DNA of 63,356 bases, the filler included, from Thermodesulfobacteriota bacterium (GTDB lineage Bacteria; DASVDK01), in assembly GCA_036381125.1 (NCBI GenBank). It is 6 parts of 6 records of this genome, joined end to end, with 100 filler letters (N's around TTAATTAATTAA, not from the genome) between each part and the next. Parts side by side here need not be neighbours in the genome. Positions count along the whole stretch, not along the records: positions 1 to 11,460 come from DASVDK010000329.1; positions 11,561 to 13,814 come from DASVDK010000331.1; positions 13,915 to 41,488 come from DASVDK010000332.1; 3 more parts are not named here. One strand, written 5' to 3'. Under the pieces are notes generated by a model that did not search any database, was not told the DNA's origin, and saw only the letters and a program-made list of their open reading frames with translations. The translations under genes were made by a program, and so were the position numbers. Shown here piece after piece: positions 11,105-19,031 of the stretch (within the stretch, counting starts at the first letter, position 1; the number at the start of each line of letters is the position of its first letter).

Positions 11105-11460
11105 AGCGTGACTCCTCGCACCTGCGCCACGGTCTGCATGTCCTTGTCGCCGCGGCCGGAGACGTTGACGACGAGCAGCCGCCCGCGGTCGAGCCGCGGC
11201 GCCAGGTCGGCGGCGACCGCCACGGCGTGCGCGCTCTCGAGCGCCGGGATGATCCCCTCCGTCCGGGCCAGCAGCTCCAGGGCGTCGAGCGCCTGCGCGT
11301 CGGTCACGGCCACGTACTCCGCGCGGCCGGTGGCGGCGAGCCACGCGTGCTCCGGGCCGACCCCGGGGTAGTCGAGGCCGGCCGAGATCGAGTGTGTCTC
11401 GGCGATCTGGCCGTCCCGGTCCTGCAGGACGAACGACTTGCTGCCGTGCAGGACCCCCAC
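11101..11460 (-). CDS. trpB: tryptophan synthase beta chain, C-terminal fragment (contig edge)
   Basis: [42 protein letters not shown]. Confidence 0.97.
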   Translation of the reverse strand: MGVLHGSKSFVLQDRDGQIAETHSISAGLDYPGVGPEHAWLAATGRAEYVAVTDAQALDALELLARTEGIIPALESAHAVAVAADLAPRLDRGRLLVVNVSGRGDKDMQTVAQVRGVTL

Positions 11461-11560
11461 NNNNNNNNNNNNNNNNNNNNNNNNNNNNNNNNNNNNNNNN
11501 NNNNTTAATTAATTAANNNNNNNNNNNNNNNNNNNNNNNNNNNNNNNNNNNNNNNNNNNN
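11461..11560. other. artificial contig linker
   Basis: 44 N + TTAATTAATTAA (stop codons in all six frames) + 44 N. Confidence 0.99.
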
Positions 11561-11563
11561 GGT

Positions 11564-12316
11564 GTGGTGGTCACCGCCGAGCACACCCTGCGCCGCGATG
11601 ACGACCTCTCCGTCACCCTCCCCGACGGCTCCACCGTCCCCGCGACCCTCGCCGGCCGCGACCCCGGCGCCGATCTCGCCGCCCTCCGTGTCGACACCGC
11701 ATCCGCGCCCGCGCTCACGACGGCCGAGCCGCCCGCGGCCGGCAGCGTCGTCCTCACTGTCGGCCGCTCCCCCGATTCCGGCCCCAACGCCACCATGGGA
11801 ATCGTCAGCGCCGTCTCCGGCGAATGGCGCACCTGGCGCGGCGGCCGCCTCGACCACTACATTCGTCTCGACCTCACCCTCTATCCGGGCTCCTCGGGCG
11901 GCGTGGTGGTCGATTTCGACGGCCGCGCCGTCGGGATTGCGACCTCCGTCCTCTCCCGCATCGCCGGTCTCGCCATCCCCGCCTCCAACGTCGACCGCAC
12001 GGTGGACGAACTGCTCGCCCGCGGACACGTCGCCCGGGGCTATCTCGGACTCGGCCTGCAACCGGTCGAGCTTCCCGATCATCGAAAAGGTCTGATTGTC
12101 GTTTCGCTCGAATCGGGAGGCCCCGCCGCGAAGGCCGGCGTCATCATCGGGGACGTGCTGCTCTCGATCGGCGGCCGGCCCGCGCACGACACCGACGATC
12201 TCGCGGGCGTCCTCGAAGCGAACCGCGTGGGCAGTCCGGTCGAGGCCGAAGTGCTGCGCGGCGGCGAGTCGCGCAAGCTGGCGATCGTGATCGGGGAGCG
12301 GCCCCGCAGGAGCTGA
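11564..12316 (+). CDS. trypsin-like (HtrA/S1C) serine protease with PDZ domain, 5'-truncated
   Basis: triad motifs VTAEH, DLAAL, PGSSGG; PDZ RGYLGLG..GPAAKAGV..GDV. Confidence 0.85.
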   Translation: MVVTAEHTLRRDDDLSVTLPDGSTVPATLAGRDPGADLAALRVDTASAPALTTAEPPAAGSVVLTVGRSPDSGPNATMGIVSAVSGEWRTWRGGRLDHYIRLDLTLYPGSSGGVVVDFDGRAVGIATSVLSRIAGLAIPASNVDRTVDELLARGHVARGYLGLGLQPVELPDHRKGLIVVSLESGGPAAKAGVIIGDVLLSIGGRPAHDTDDLAGVLEANRVGSPVEAEVLRGGESRKLAIVIGERPRRS

Positions 12317-12318
12317 CC

Positions 12319-13059
12319 ATGCGCGGATTCGGAGAAGTCGCCGAACGGCTGCGGCGCTCCACCGCCCGCGTCTTCACCCGCGGCAGCGGCGGAGGCTCCG
12401 GGATCGTCTGGAGCGCCGACGGCCTCATCCTCACCAACGCCCACGTCGCCCGCGACGCCGCCGCCGAGGTCGAGCTGTGGGATTCGCGCCGCCGCCCCGC
12501 CGCCGTCGTCGCGCGCGATCCCCGGCGCGACCTCGCCACTCTGAGAATCGCCGCCGATGGCCTCGAGCCCGCCATTCCCGGCGACTCCACGTCGCTCCGC
12601 CCGGGCGAGTTGGTGCTGGCGATCGGCAGCCCGTTCGGCTTCGCCGGCGCGCTCTCGAGCGGCGTCGTTCACTCCGTCGGCGAGCGCTGGATTCTCGCCG
12701 CGGTCCGCCTCGCTCCCGGCAATTCGGGCGGGGCGCTTGCCGGCGCGGATGGCCGCGTGGTCGGCATCAACACCGCCGTCGTGAACGGGATGGGCGCCGC
12801 CGTCCCGATGGCCGCCGCTCTCGACTTCCTGGCGCGCGGCCCCCGGCCGTCCCTCGGCGTGACTCTCGCGCCCGCTCCGTCCGGCCTCATCATCCTCGAC
12901 GTCGCGCCGGGAAGCCGGGCCGAGGCCGCGTCGCTCCGTCCCGGAGATGTCCTCCTCTGCACCGTCGACGAGCTGCACCGGGCGCTCGACGCTCCGGGTC
13001 CGCTTCGCGTCCGCTTTCTGCGCGGCGGCCGGCGGCGTTTGTTCGAGACGGCCGCATGA
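12319..13059 (+). CDS. second HtrA-like serine protease with short PDZ-like tail
   Basis: GSGIVW, TNAHV, RDLA, PGNSGG, VGINT; ATG 2 nt after the upstream stop. Confidence 0.87.
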   Translation: MRGFGEVAERLRRSTARVFTRGSGGGSGIVWSADGLILTNAHVARDAAAEVELWDSRRRPAAVVARDPRRDLATLRIAADGLEPAIPGDSTSLRPGELVLAIGSPFGFAGALSSGVVHSVGERWILAAVRLAPGNSGGALAGADGRVVGINTAVVNGMGAAVPMAAALDFLARGPRPSLGVTLAPAPSGLIILDVAPGSRAEAASLRPGDVLLCTVDELHRALDAPGPLRVRFLRGGRRRLFETAA

Positions 13060-13640
13060 TCCGCCTCGCCATCGTGGCGCCGTCGCCCGTCATCCGGGCG
13101 GGGCTGGAGACGCTCGCCGCCTCCAGCCCCGAGATTCAGGTGGTCGGCGCCTTCCCCGATTTCAGCGGCGCCGAGGATCTCCGTCCCGATGTCATCCTCG
13201 CCTCTCTCCCGCCCGAGGCCGGCGCGACTCCCACCGTCCTCCTCTCGGGCGACCCGCAACCCCTGTGGACCCTCGACGCCCTCCGCCGCGGCGTCCGCGC
13301 CCTGCTGCCCCGCGACGCCTCTCCCTCGGAGATCCTCGCCGCCGTGCAGGCCGCCGCCGGCGACTTCGCCGTCGTCGCGGCCGAAGACCTGGCCGCCTGG
13401 CTTTCCGCCTCCGCTCCTCGCGAGGCCGACCTCCCGCGCGATGCCACGCTCACTCCTCGCGAGCTGGAGGTCCTCCGCATCATGGCCGACGGCGGCGCCA
13501 ATAAGACCATCGCCTGGAAACTCGGCGTCTCCGAGCACACCGCCAAGTTCCACGTCGCCTCGATCCTCGCCAAACTCGGCGCCGCCAGCCGCACGGAAGC
13601 CGTGACCATCGGCATCCGCAAGGGACTCGTCCTGCTCTGA
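13056..13640 (+). CDS. NarL/LuxR-family regulator with degenerate receiver domain
   Basis: LTPRELEVL..NKTIAWKLGVSEHTAKFHV LuxR HTH; ATGA overlap. Confidence 0.88.
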   Translation: MIRLAIVAPSPVIRAGLETLAASSPEIQVVGAFPDFSGAEDLRPDVILASLPPEAGATPTVLLSGDPQPLWTLDALRRGVRALLPRDASPSEILAAVQAAAGDFAVVAAEDLAAWLSASAPREADLPRDATLTPRELEVLRIMADGGANKTIAWKLGVSEHTAKFHVASILAKLGAASRTEAVTIGIRKGLVLL

Positions 13641-13814
13641 TCGGGCTAGAGACTGGCGGCCGGCGGGCGTGAGATTTCGTCGACGGGCTGCGTCGGCACT
13701 CCAGCCGCGCGGAAGCCGTGCGCATCGGCGTCGAAAGCGACTTGTCCTGCTCTGATCGGGCTAGAGACTGGCGCCCGGCGGGCGCGAGATTTCTTCGACG
13801 GGCTGCGTCGGCAC
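13585..13814 (+). repeat. imperfect ~115-bp tandem duplication (13585-13699 / 13701-13814) including the LuxR gene 3' end
   Basis: both copies read ccagccgc.cggaagccgtg..catcggc...gact.gtcctgctctgatcgggctagagactggc...cgacgggctgcgtcggcac; the contig ends at the end of copy 2. Confidence 0.9.
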
Positions 13815-13914
13815 NNNNNNNNNNNNNNNNNNNNNNNNNNNNNNNNNNNNNNNNNNNNTTAATTAATTAANNNNNNNNNNNNNNNNNNNNNNNNNNNNNN
13901 NNNNNNNNNNNNNN
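13815..13914. other. artificial contig linker
   Basis: N44-TTAATTAATTAA-N44. Confidence 0.99.
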
Positions 13915-14183
13915 GAGATGACCTGGGGCGCGACCGTCAGGCCGCCGCCGGTCTGCTCCACCCGGATGCCCGGTGCGGCGAGGCACAGGGTGGCGAAGGA
14001 CGTGAGCGGCACCCCGTCCAGGCTGCTGTCGGTGCATCCGACGAGCGTGCCGTCAACCGACCCGCCGGAGGTCGCCCACATCGACACCTCGGGCTGCGGG
14101 CCGCCGCCGCCGCCCCCGCCGCCGCAGCCGGCGACGAGCGTCGTGACGAGGAGTGCGAACGCGAGTCGTACGACGGCTGTCAT
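13915..14183 (-). CDS. putative lipoprotein, 3'-truncated
   Basis: MTAVVRLAFALLVTTLVAGC lipobox followed by a poly-Gly linker. Confidence 0.65.
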
Positions 14184-14389
14184 GGCGGCGTTCTCCAGAA
14201 GCGCTGGCGGCACGCTCCTGGACCATATCCGATACGCCGCTGCCGAGCAAGCCTTTCCTCGGAAGGATGAAAAGTTGTTCTGCGCGCCCGCGCGACTCGC
14301 GCAAGAGGTCGAGCGGGGGCGCTCCCTGCGAGGCCGCGCGCAGGACGACGGCGGAAACGTGCGGGGGCGCACGGGCCGGCTGGCCTCGC

Positions 14390-14418
14390 TTTACAGGAAT
14401 AGACTGGAGTTCTAGGCT
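14390..14418 (+). promoter_or_regulatory. putative sigma70 promoter of oppA
   Basis: TTTACA-N17-TAGGCT upstream of a GGAGG RBS. Confidence 0.5.
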
Positions 14419-14445
14419 GCGGCCGTGTTCTGGAGGAAGCTTCCG

Positions 14446-16020
14446 ATGCGCCGCATCGCGTCCACCCTCGCCGCCGTGCTGGCCGCCGCGTTGCTCGTCC
14501 CGTCTCCTGGCCTCGCGGCGAGCGTCTTCCGCATCAGCAACATGACCGAGCCCGAGACGCTCGACCCGGCGCTGGCCAGCGGCGTGCCCGAACACCGGAT
14601 CATCTCGAGCCTCTTCGAGGGGCTCTACGCGAACGACCCGAAGGACCTCTCGCCGGTGCCGGGCGTCGCGCTCCGGCACACCCTCTCGAAGGACGGCACG
14701 GTCTACACCTTCACCCTCAACCCGCAGGCGAGGTGGACCAACGGCCGCCAGGTGACGGCCGACGACTTCGTCTACGCGTGGGAGCGGGTGCTGAACCCGA
14801 AGACCGGCGCCAAGTACGCGCAGCAGCTCTACTACGTGAAGAACGGCGAGGCGTACAACAGGGGGACGATCACCGACTTCGGGCTGGTCGGGGTGAAGGC
14901 CCTGAACCAGACGACCCTCCAGGTGACGCTCGAGCGGCCGACCGCCTACTTCCTCTACCTCACCACCTTCTACACCCTCTATCCCGTCCCGAAGGAGGCC
15001 GTCGAGCGGCACGGCGCCGACTGGACGAAGCCGGGCCGGATCGTGAGCAACGGCCCCTTCCGGCTCGTCGAGTGGGTGCCGCAGCAGACGCTCGTCCTCG
15101 AGAAGAACCCCGGCTACTGGGACGCCGGGTCGGTCGCTCTCGACCGCGTGGTCTTCGACCCGACGACCGACGTGAACACGGTGGTCAGGCAGTTCCAGGC
15201 GGGGGAGACCGATTGGGTCACGAGCAGCGCCAACCTCCCGGCGGCGCTGGTCGCGGTCTGGAAGGACCGGCCGGAGTACTACGCGGAGCCGTACCTCGGG
15301 ACCTACTACTTCCGGATGAACGTCACGAGGCCCCCCCTGAACGACGTCCGGGTCCGCAAGGCGCTCTCCATGGCCATCGACCGCGAGGCGCTCACGCGCA
15401 GCGTGACGCGGGCGGGCGAGATCGCCTCGTCGGCCTTCGTGCCGCGCAACATGCCGAACTACAGCGGCGTGAAGGGGCTCGACTTCGACCCCGCGGAGGC
15501 GAAGCGGCTCCTCGCCGAGGCGGGCTATCCGGGCGGGAAGGGCTTCCCGCCGGTCGAGCTGATGTACAACACGAACGAGCTGCACCGCATCATCACCCAG
15601 GCGCTCCAGCAGATGTGGAAGCGGCACCTCGGCATCGAGGTGACCCTCACCAACGTCGAGTGGAAGGTCTACCTCGCGCGGATGAAGGCGCTCGACTACC
15701 AGATCGCGCGCGCCGGGTGGATCGGCGACTACGTGGACCCGAACACGTTCCTCGACATGTGGGTCACGGGGGGCGGCAACAACCAGACCGGGTGGGCCAA
15801 CGCCCGGTACGACGCGCTGATCCGCAAGGCCGCCGAGACGGTCGACCCCGAGGCGCGCATGAAGACGCTCCGGGAGGCCGAGACGGTCCTGGTCCGGGAG
15901 GAGCTGCCGATCGCGCCGGTCTTCACCTACGTCAGCAAGGGGCTCATCCGGCGGAGCTTCGACGGCTTCCATCCCAACATCCTCGACCAGCACCCGCTCA
16001 AGGCGATCCGGCCGAGGTAG
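14446..16020 (+). CDS. oppA: oligopeptide ABC transporter substrate-binding protein
   Basis: signal peptide, EPETLDP, VTADDFVYAWER, SNGPF, RAGWIGDYVDP. Confidence 0.92.
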   Translation: MRRIASTLAAVLAAALLVPSPGLAASVFRISNMTEPETLDPALASGVPEHRIISSLFEGLYANDPKDLSPVPGVALRHTLSKDGTVYTFTLNPQARWTNGRQVTADDFVYAWERVLNPKTGAKYAQQLYYVKNGEAYNRGTITDFGLVGVKALNQTTLQVTLERPTAYFLYLTTFYTLYPVPKEAVERHGADWTKPGRIVSNGPFRLVEWVPQQTLVLEKNPGYWDAGSVALDRVVFDPTTDVNTVVRQFQAGETDWVTSSANLPAALVAVWKDRPEYYAEPYLGTYYFRMNVTRPPLNDVRVRKALSMAIDREALTRSVTRAGEIASSAFVPRNMPNYSGVKGLDFDPAEAKRLLAEAGYPGGKGFPPVELMYNTNELHRIITQALQQMWKRHLGIEVTLTNVEWKVYLARMKALDYQIARAGWIGDYVDPNTFLDMWVTGGGNNQTGWANARYDALIRKAAETVDPEARMKTLREAETVLVREELPIAPVFTYVSKGLIRRSFDGFHPNILDQHPLKAIRPR

Positions 16021-16108
16021 GACCGGGCGGCGCCGCGGCGACGACGCTCGAGTAGAATCCCCTCGGAGGCCAGGGGCCCGAGGCCTCCTCGAAGGGGGTC
16101 CAGTTCCG

Positions 16109-17029
16109 ATGCTCCGCTTCGTCGCCCGGCGGCTCGCCTACGCCCTGCCCGTCCTCTTCGCCGTCGCGACGATCACGTTCTTCATGATGCGGGTGGCGCC
16201 GGGCGGCCCGTTCGACGCCGAGCGCCGCCTGCCGGACGCCGTCGAGCGGAGCCTCCGGGCGCGCTACCAGCTCGACCGGCCGCTCCTCGAGCAGTACGCG
16301 CGCTACATGGCGAACGTGCTGCGGGGGGACCTCGGGCCGTCCTTCCGCTACCCGGACCGCACGGTGGGGGAGCTGATCGCCCTCGGGCTGCCGGTGTCGC
16401 TCACGCTCGGCCTGGCGGCGCTGGCCGTGGCGCTCGCCGTCGGGCTGCCGGCCGGGGTGGCGGCGGCGGTGCGGCGCAACCGCGCCGCCGACCACGCGAC
16501 GATGGGCCTGGCGATGCTCGGCGTGTCGGTGCCGAACTTCGTCCTCGGCCCGCTCCTCGTCATCGTCTTCGCCCTCTGGCTCGGCTGGTTGCCGGTGGCG
16601 GGGTGGGGGAGCTGGCGGCACGTGGTGCTGCCGGCCGTGACGCTCGGCCTCTTCTACGCCGCCTTCATCGGCCGGCTCACCCGCGCGGCGATGCTCGAGG
16701 TGATCCGGCACGACTTCGTCCGGACGGCGCGGGCCAAGGGGGCGCCCGAGCGGCGGGTCGTCTGGCGGCACGCGCTGCGGATCGCGCTCCTGCCGGTGGT
16801 CTCCTTCCTCGGGCCGGCCGCGGCGCGCCTCCTCACCGGCTCGGTCGTCGTGGAGACGATCTTCTCCGTCCCCGGGGTGGGGCGCTACTTCGTCACCGCG
16901 GCCCTCAACCGCGACTACACGATGGTGCTCGGGACGGCGCTCGTCTACTCGGCGCTCCTCGTCGCCTTCAACCTCCTGGTCGACCTCGCCTACGGCTGGC
17001 TCGATCCACGGATCCGGGAGGGGGCGTGA
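16109..17029 (+). CDS. oppB: oligopeptide ABC permease
   Basis: APGGPF, GDLGPS, RTARAKG EAA loop, NRDY. Confidence 0.92.
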   Translation: MLRFVARRLAYALPVLFAVATITFFMMRVAPGGPFDAERRLPDAVERSLRARYQLDRPLLEQYARYMANVLRGDLGPSFRYPDRTVGELIALGLPVSLTLGLAALAVALAVGLPAGVAAAVRRNRAADHATMGLAMLGVSVPNFVLGPLLVIVFALWLGWLPVAGWGSWRHVVLPAVTLGLFYAAFIGRLTRAAMLEVIRHDFVRTARAKGAPERRVVWRHALRIALLPVVSFLGPAAARLLTGSVVVETIFSVPGVGRYFVTAALNRDYTMVLGTALVYSALLVAFNLLVDLAYGWLDPRIREGA

Positions 17030-17081
17030 GCCCCCGACAGGGGCGAGCGGCCGCGGGCCGCGAGCCGTTGGAGGCAGGGGC

Positions 17082-17987
17082 GTGACGGTCCGGGTGGAGC
17101 CCCTGCCCGCGGCGGCCGCCGCCGAGTCGCGCCCCGCGCCGTCGGCGCTCGGCCGCCTCGCCGCCAACCGGGCCGCCCTCCTGTCGGCCGCCGGCCTCCT
17201 GCTCCTCGTCGCCGCCGCGCTCCTCGCCCCCTGGATCGCGCCGTACCCGTACGACGCCACCGACCTGGCGCTCGGCGCGTCGCCCCCCTCGGCGGCCCAC
17301 TGGCTCGGCACCGACGAGCTGGGGCGCGACCTCCTCACCCGCCTCCTCTACGGCGCGCGGGTCTCGCTCGCCGTCGGCGCCGCCGCCACCGTCGTGAGCC
17401 TCACCATCGGCGTCGTGTACGGCGCGATTGCCGGCTACGCGGGCGGCCGCGTGGACCAGGTGATGATGCGCGTCGTCGACGTCCTCTACGGCCTGCCGTT
17501 CATCATCTTCGTCATCATCCTCATGGTGCTCGTCGGCCGCAGCGTCGTGAACCTCTTCCTCGCGCTCGGCGCCGTCGAGTGGCTCACGCTCGCCCGCATC
17601 ACGCGCGGGCAGGTCCTCGCGCTCAAGGCGCGGCCGTTCGTCGAGGGCGCGCGCGCCCTCGGCGCCTCGCCATGGCGGCTCCTCTTGCGGCACCTCCTGC
17701 CGAACGGCATCGCCCCGATCGTCGTGTACGCGACCCTCAAGGTGCCGGACGTGATGCTCGACGAGGCCTTCCTCTCCTTCCTCGGCCTCGGCGTCCAGCC
17801 CCCCATGGCCTCCTGGGGGTCGCTCGCCGCCGAGGGAGCGGTGGCGATGGAGGTCTACCCCTGGCTCCTCCTCTTTCCCGGGCTCGCCCTGGCCTCGACG
17901 CTCCTCGCCCTCAACTTCCTCGGCGACGGGCTGCGCGACGCGCTCGACCCCCACCACGACGAGGGCCGGCTCGAGGCGGGAGGGTGA
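17082..17987 (+). CDS. oppC: oligopeptide ABC permease
   Basis: HWLGTDELGRD, EAFLSFLGLG, NFLGDGLRDALDP. Confidence 0.92.
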   Translation: MTVRVEPLPAAAAAESRPAPSALGRLAANRAALLSAAGLLLLVAAALLAPWIAPYPYDATDLALGASPPSAAHWLGTDELGRDLLTRLLYGARVSLAVGAAATVVSLTIGVVYGAIAGYAGGRVDQVMMRVVDVLYGLPFIIFVIILMVLVGRSVVNLFLALGAVEWLTLARITRGQVLALKARPFVEGARALGASPWRLLLRHLLPNGIAPIVVYATLKVPDVMLDEAFLSFLGLGVQPPMASWGSLAAEGAVAMEVYPWLLLFPGLALASTLLALNFLGDGLRDALDPHHDEGRLEAGG

Positions 17988-17992
17988 GACGC
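17920..17992 (+). repeat. direct repeat copy 1 (3' end of oppC)
   Basis: 73 bp, matching 18714-18783 except for one extra CAC triplet. Confidence 0.95.
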
Positions 17993-18065
17993 GGCTCGGT
18001 GTATGGCGGCACGCGGAGCGGCTCCGAGCGCTACCCTTGAACCGACAGGCCAAGGAGGCTCGTAC

Positions 18066-18323
18066 ATGACCCAGGACGCAACACCGGCAATCCCGGCCTG
18101 GCAGGACCGCATCGCCGTCGATCCGGCCGTCCTCGCCGGCAAGCCGGTGATCAAGGGCACGAGGCTTGCCGTCGAGTTCGTCGTCGAGCTGCTTGCGCAG
18201 GGCTGGACGCACGCCGAGGTCATCGAGAACTATCCGGGGGTAACCGAGGAGGACCTCAGGGCCTGTCTCGCCTATGCCAGCGAGCGGCTGCGTTCCGAGA
18301 AGGTGTATCCCCTCCAGGCCTGA
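18066..18323 (+). CDS. DUF433-family antitoxin
   Basis: RIAVDPAVLAGKPVIKGTR..LAQG..YP..LRACLAYA; AGGAGG RBS. Confidence 0.9.
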   Translation: MTQDATPAIPAWQDRIAVDPAVLAGKPVIKGTRLAVEFVVELLAQGWTHAEVIENYPGVTEEDLRACLAYASERLRSEKVYPLQA

Positions 18324-18328
18324 GACCG

Positions 18329-18706
18329 GTGCGGCTCCTGGCGGACGAGAACTTCCCACGGGTAGCCGTTGACGCCCTGGTGGCGCGCGGTCACGACGTG
18401 CTCTGGGCGCGAAGGGCCATGCCCGGCGCCGCCGATTCGGAGGTCCTGGCCCGTGCGACGGCGGAGCAGCGTATCCTGATCACGTTCGACAAGGACTTCG
18501 GGGAGTTGGGCTTCAGATCAGGCCTCCCGAGCTCGTCCGGGATCGTCCTGTTCCGCCTGTCGCCTTCCTCTCCCTCGCGCGTCGCGGACGTCGCCGTGCT
18601 CGTCCTCGAGAGCCGGGACGACTGGGCGGGACACTTCAGTGTCGTCGAGGCCGATCGCGTCCGAATGACCGCTCTGCCGGGCAGTAAGGGCCGCGCAGAA
18701 CGTTAG
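18329..18706 (+). CDS. DUF5615-family PIN-like toxin
   Basis: MRLLADENFP, GHDV, DSEVL, RILITFDKDFGEL; directly downstream of DUF433. Confidence 0.88.
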   Translation: MRLLADENFPRVAVDALVARGHDVLWARRAMPGAADSEVLARATAEQRILITFDKDFGELGFRSGLPSSSGIVLFRLSPSSPSRVADVAVLVLESRDDWAGHFSVVEADRVRMTALPGSKGRAER

Positions 18707-18713
18707 CCGCTCG

Positions 18714-18783
18714 TCGGCGACGGGCTGCGCGACGCGCTCGACCCCCACGACGAGGGCCGGCTCGAGGCGGGAGGGTGAGACGC
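18714..18783 (+). repeat. direct repeat copy 2 (duplicated oppC 3' end)
   Basis: tcggcgacgggctgcgcgacgcgctcgacccccacgacgagggccggctcgaggcgggagggtgagacgc. Confidence 0.95.
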
Positions 18784-18835
18784 AACCTCTCCCGAGGCGC
18801 CTGCGCGTGGTCCTCCGGCCGGTCGACGCCCTTCC

Positions 18836-18864
18836 TTGACCCAAAACGCCTTTCTATTTAGTAT
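18836..18864 (+). promoter_or_regulatory. putative sigma70 promoter of the dpp operon
   Basis: TTGACC-N17-TAGTAT in an AT-rich patch. Confidence 0.6.
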
Positions 18865-19031
18865 TTGGGCAATTTCCCGGGACCTCGATGGACCCTGCCG
18901 GTGGCGGCGAACGGCGCCGCGGCCCGGCCGGCGTCCCCGCGGGCGTGTGCGTGCCGGATGCCGGGCGCGCCGGCCCTGCCCCGGGAAGGTTCACGCACGT
19001 CTCTTTAAGAGTGATAGTGGAGGAGCAGGAG

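Noticed and set aside
11461-11560. TTAATTAATTAA palindrome flanked by Ns (five occurrences)
   Set aside because: Identical synthetic six-frame-stop linkers, not biological sequence
13585-13814. CRISPR array
   Set aside because: Two ~115-bp degenerate copies with no unique spacers; no cas genes anywhere in the window
14097-14126. (CCG)n microsatellite
   Set aside because: It encodes the poly-Gly linker after the lipobox Cys
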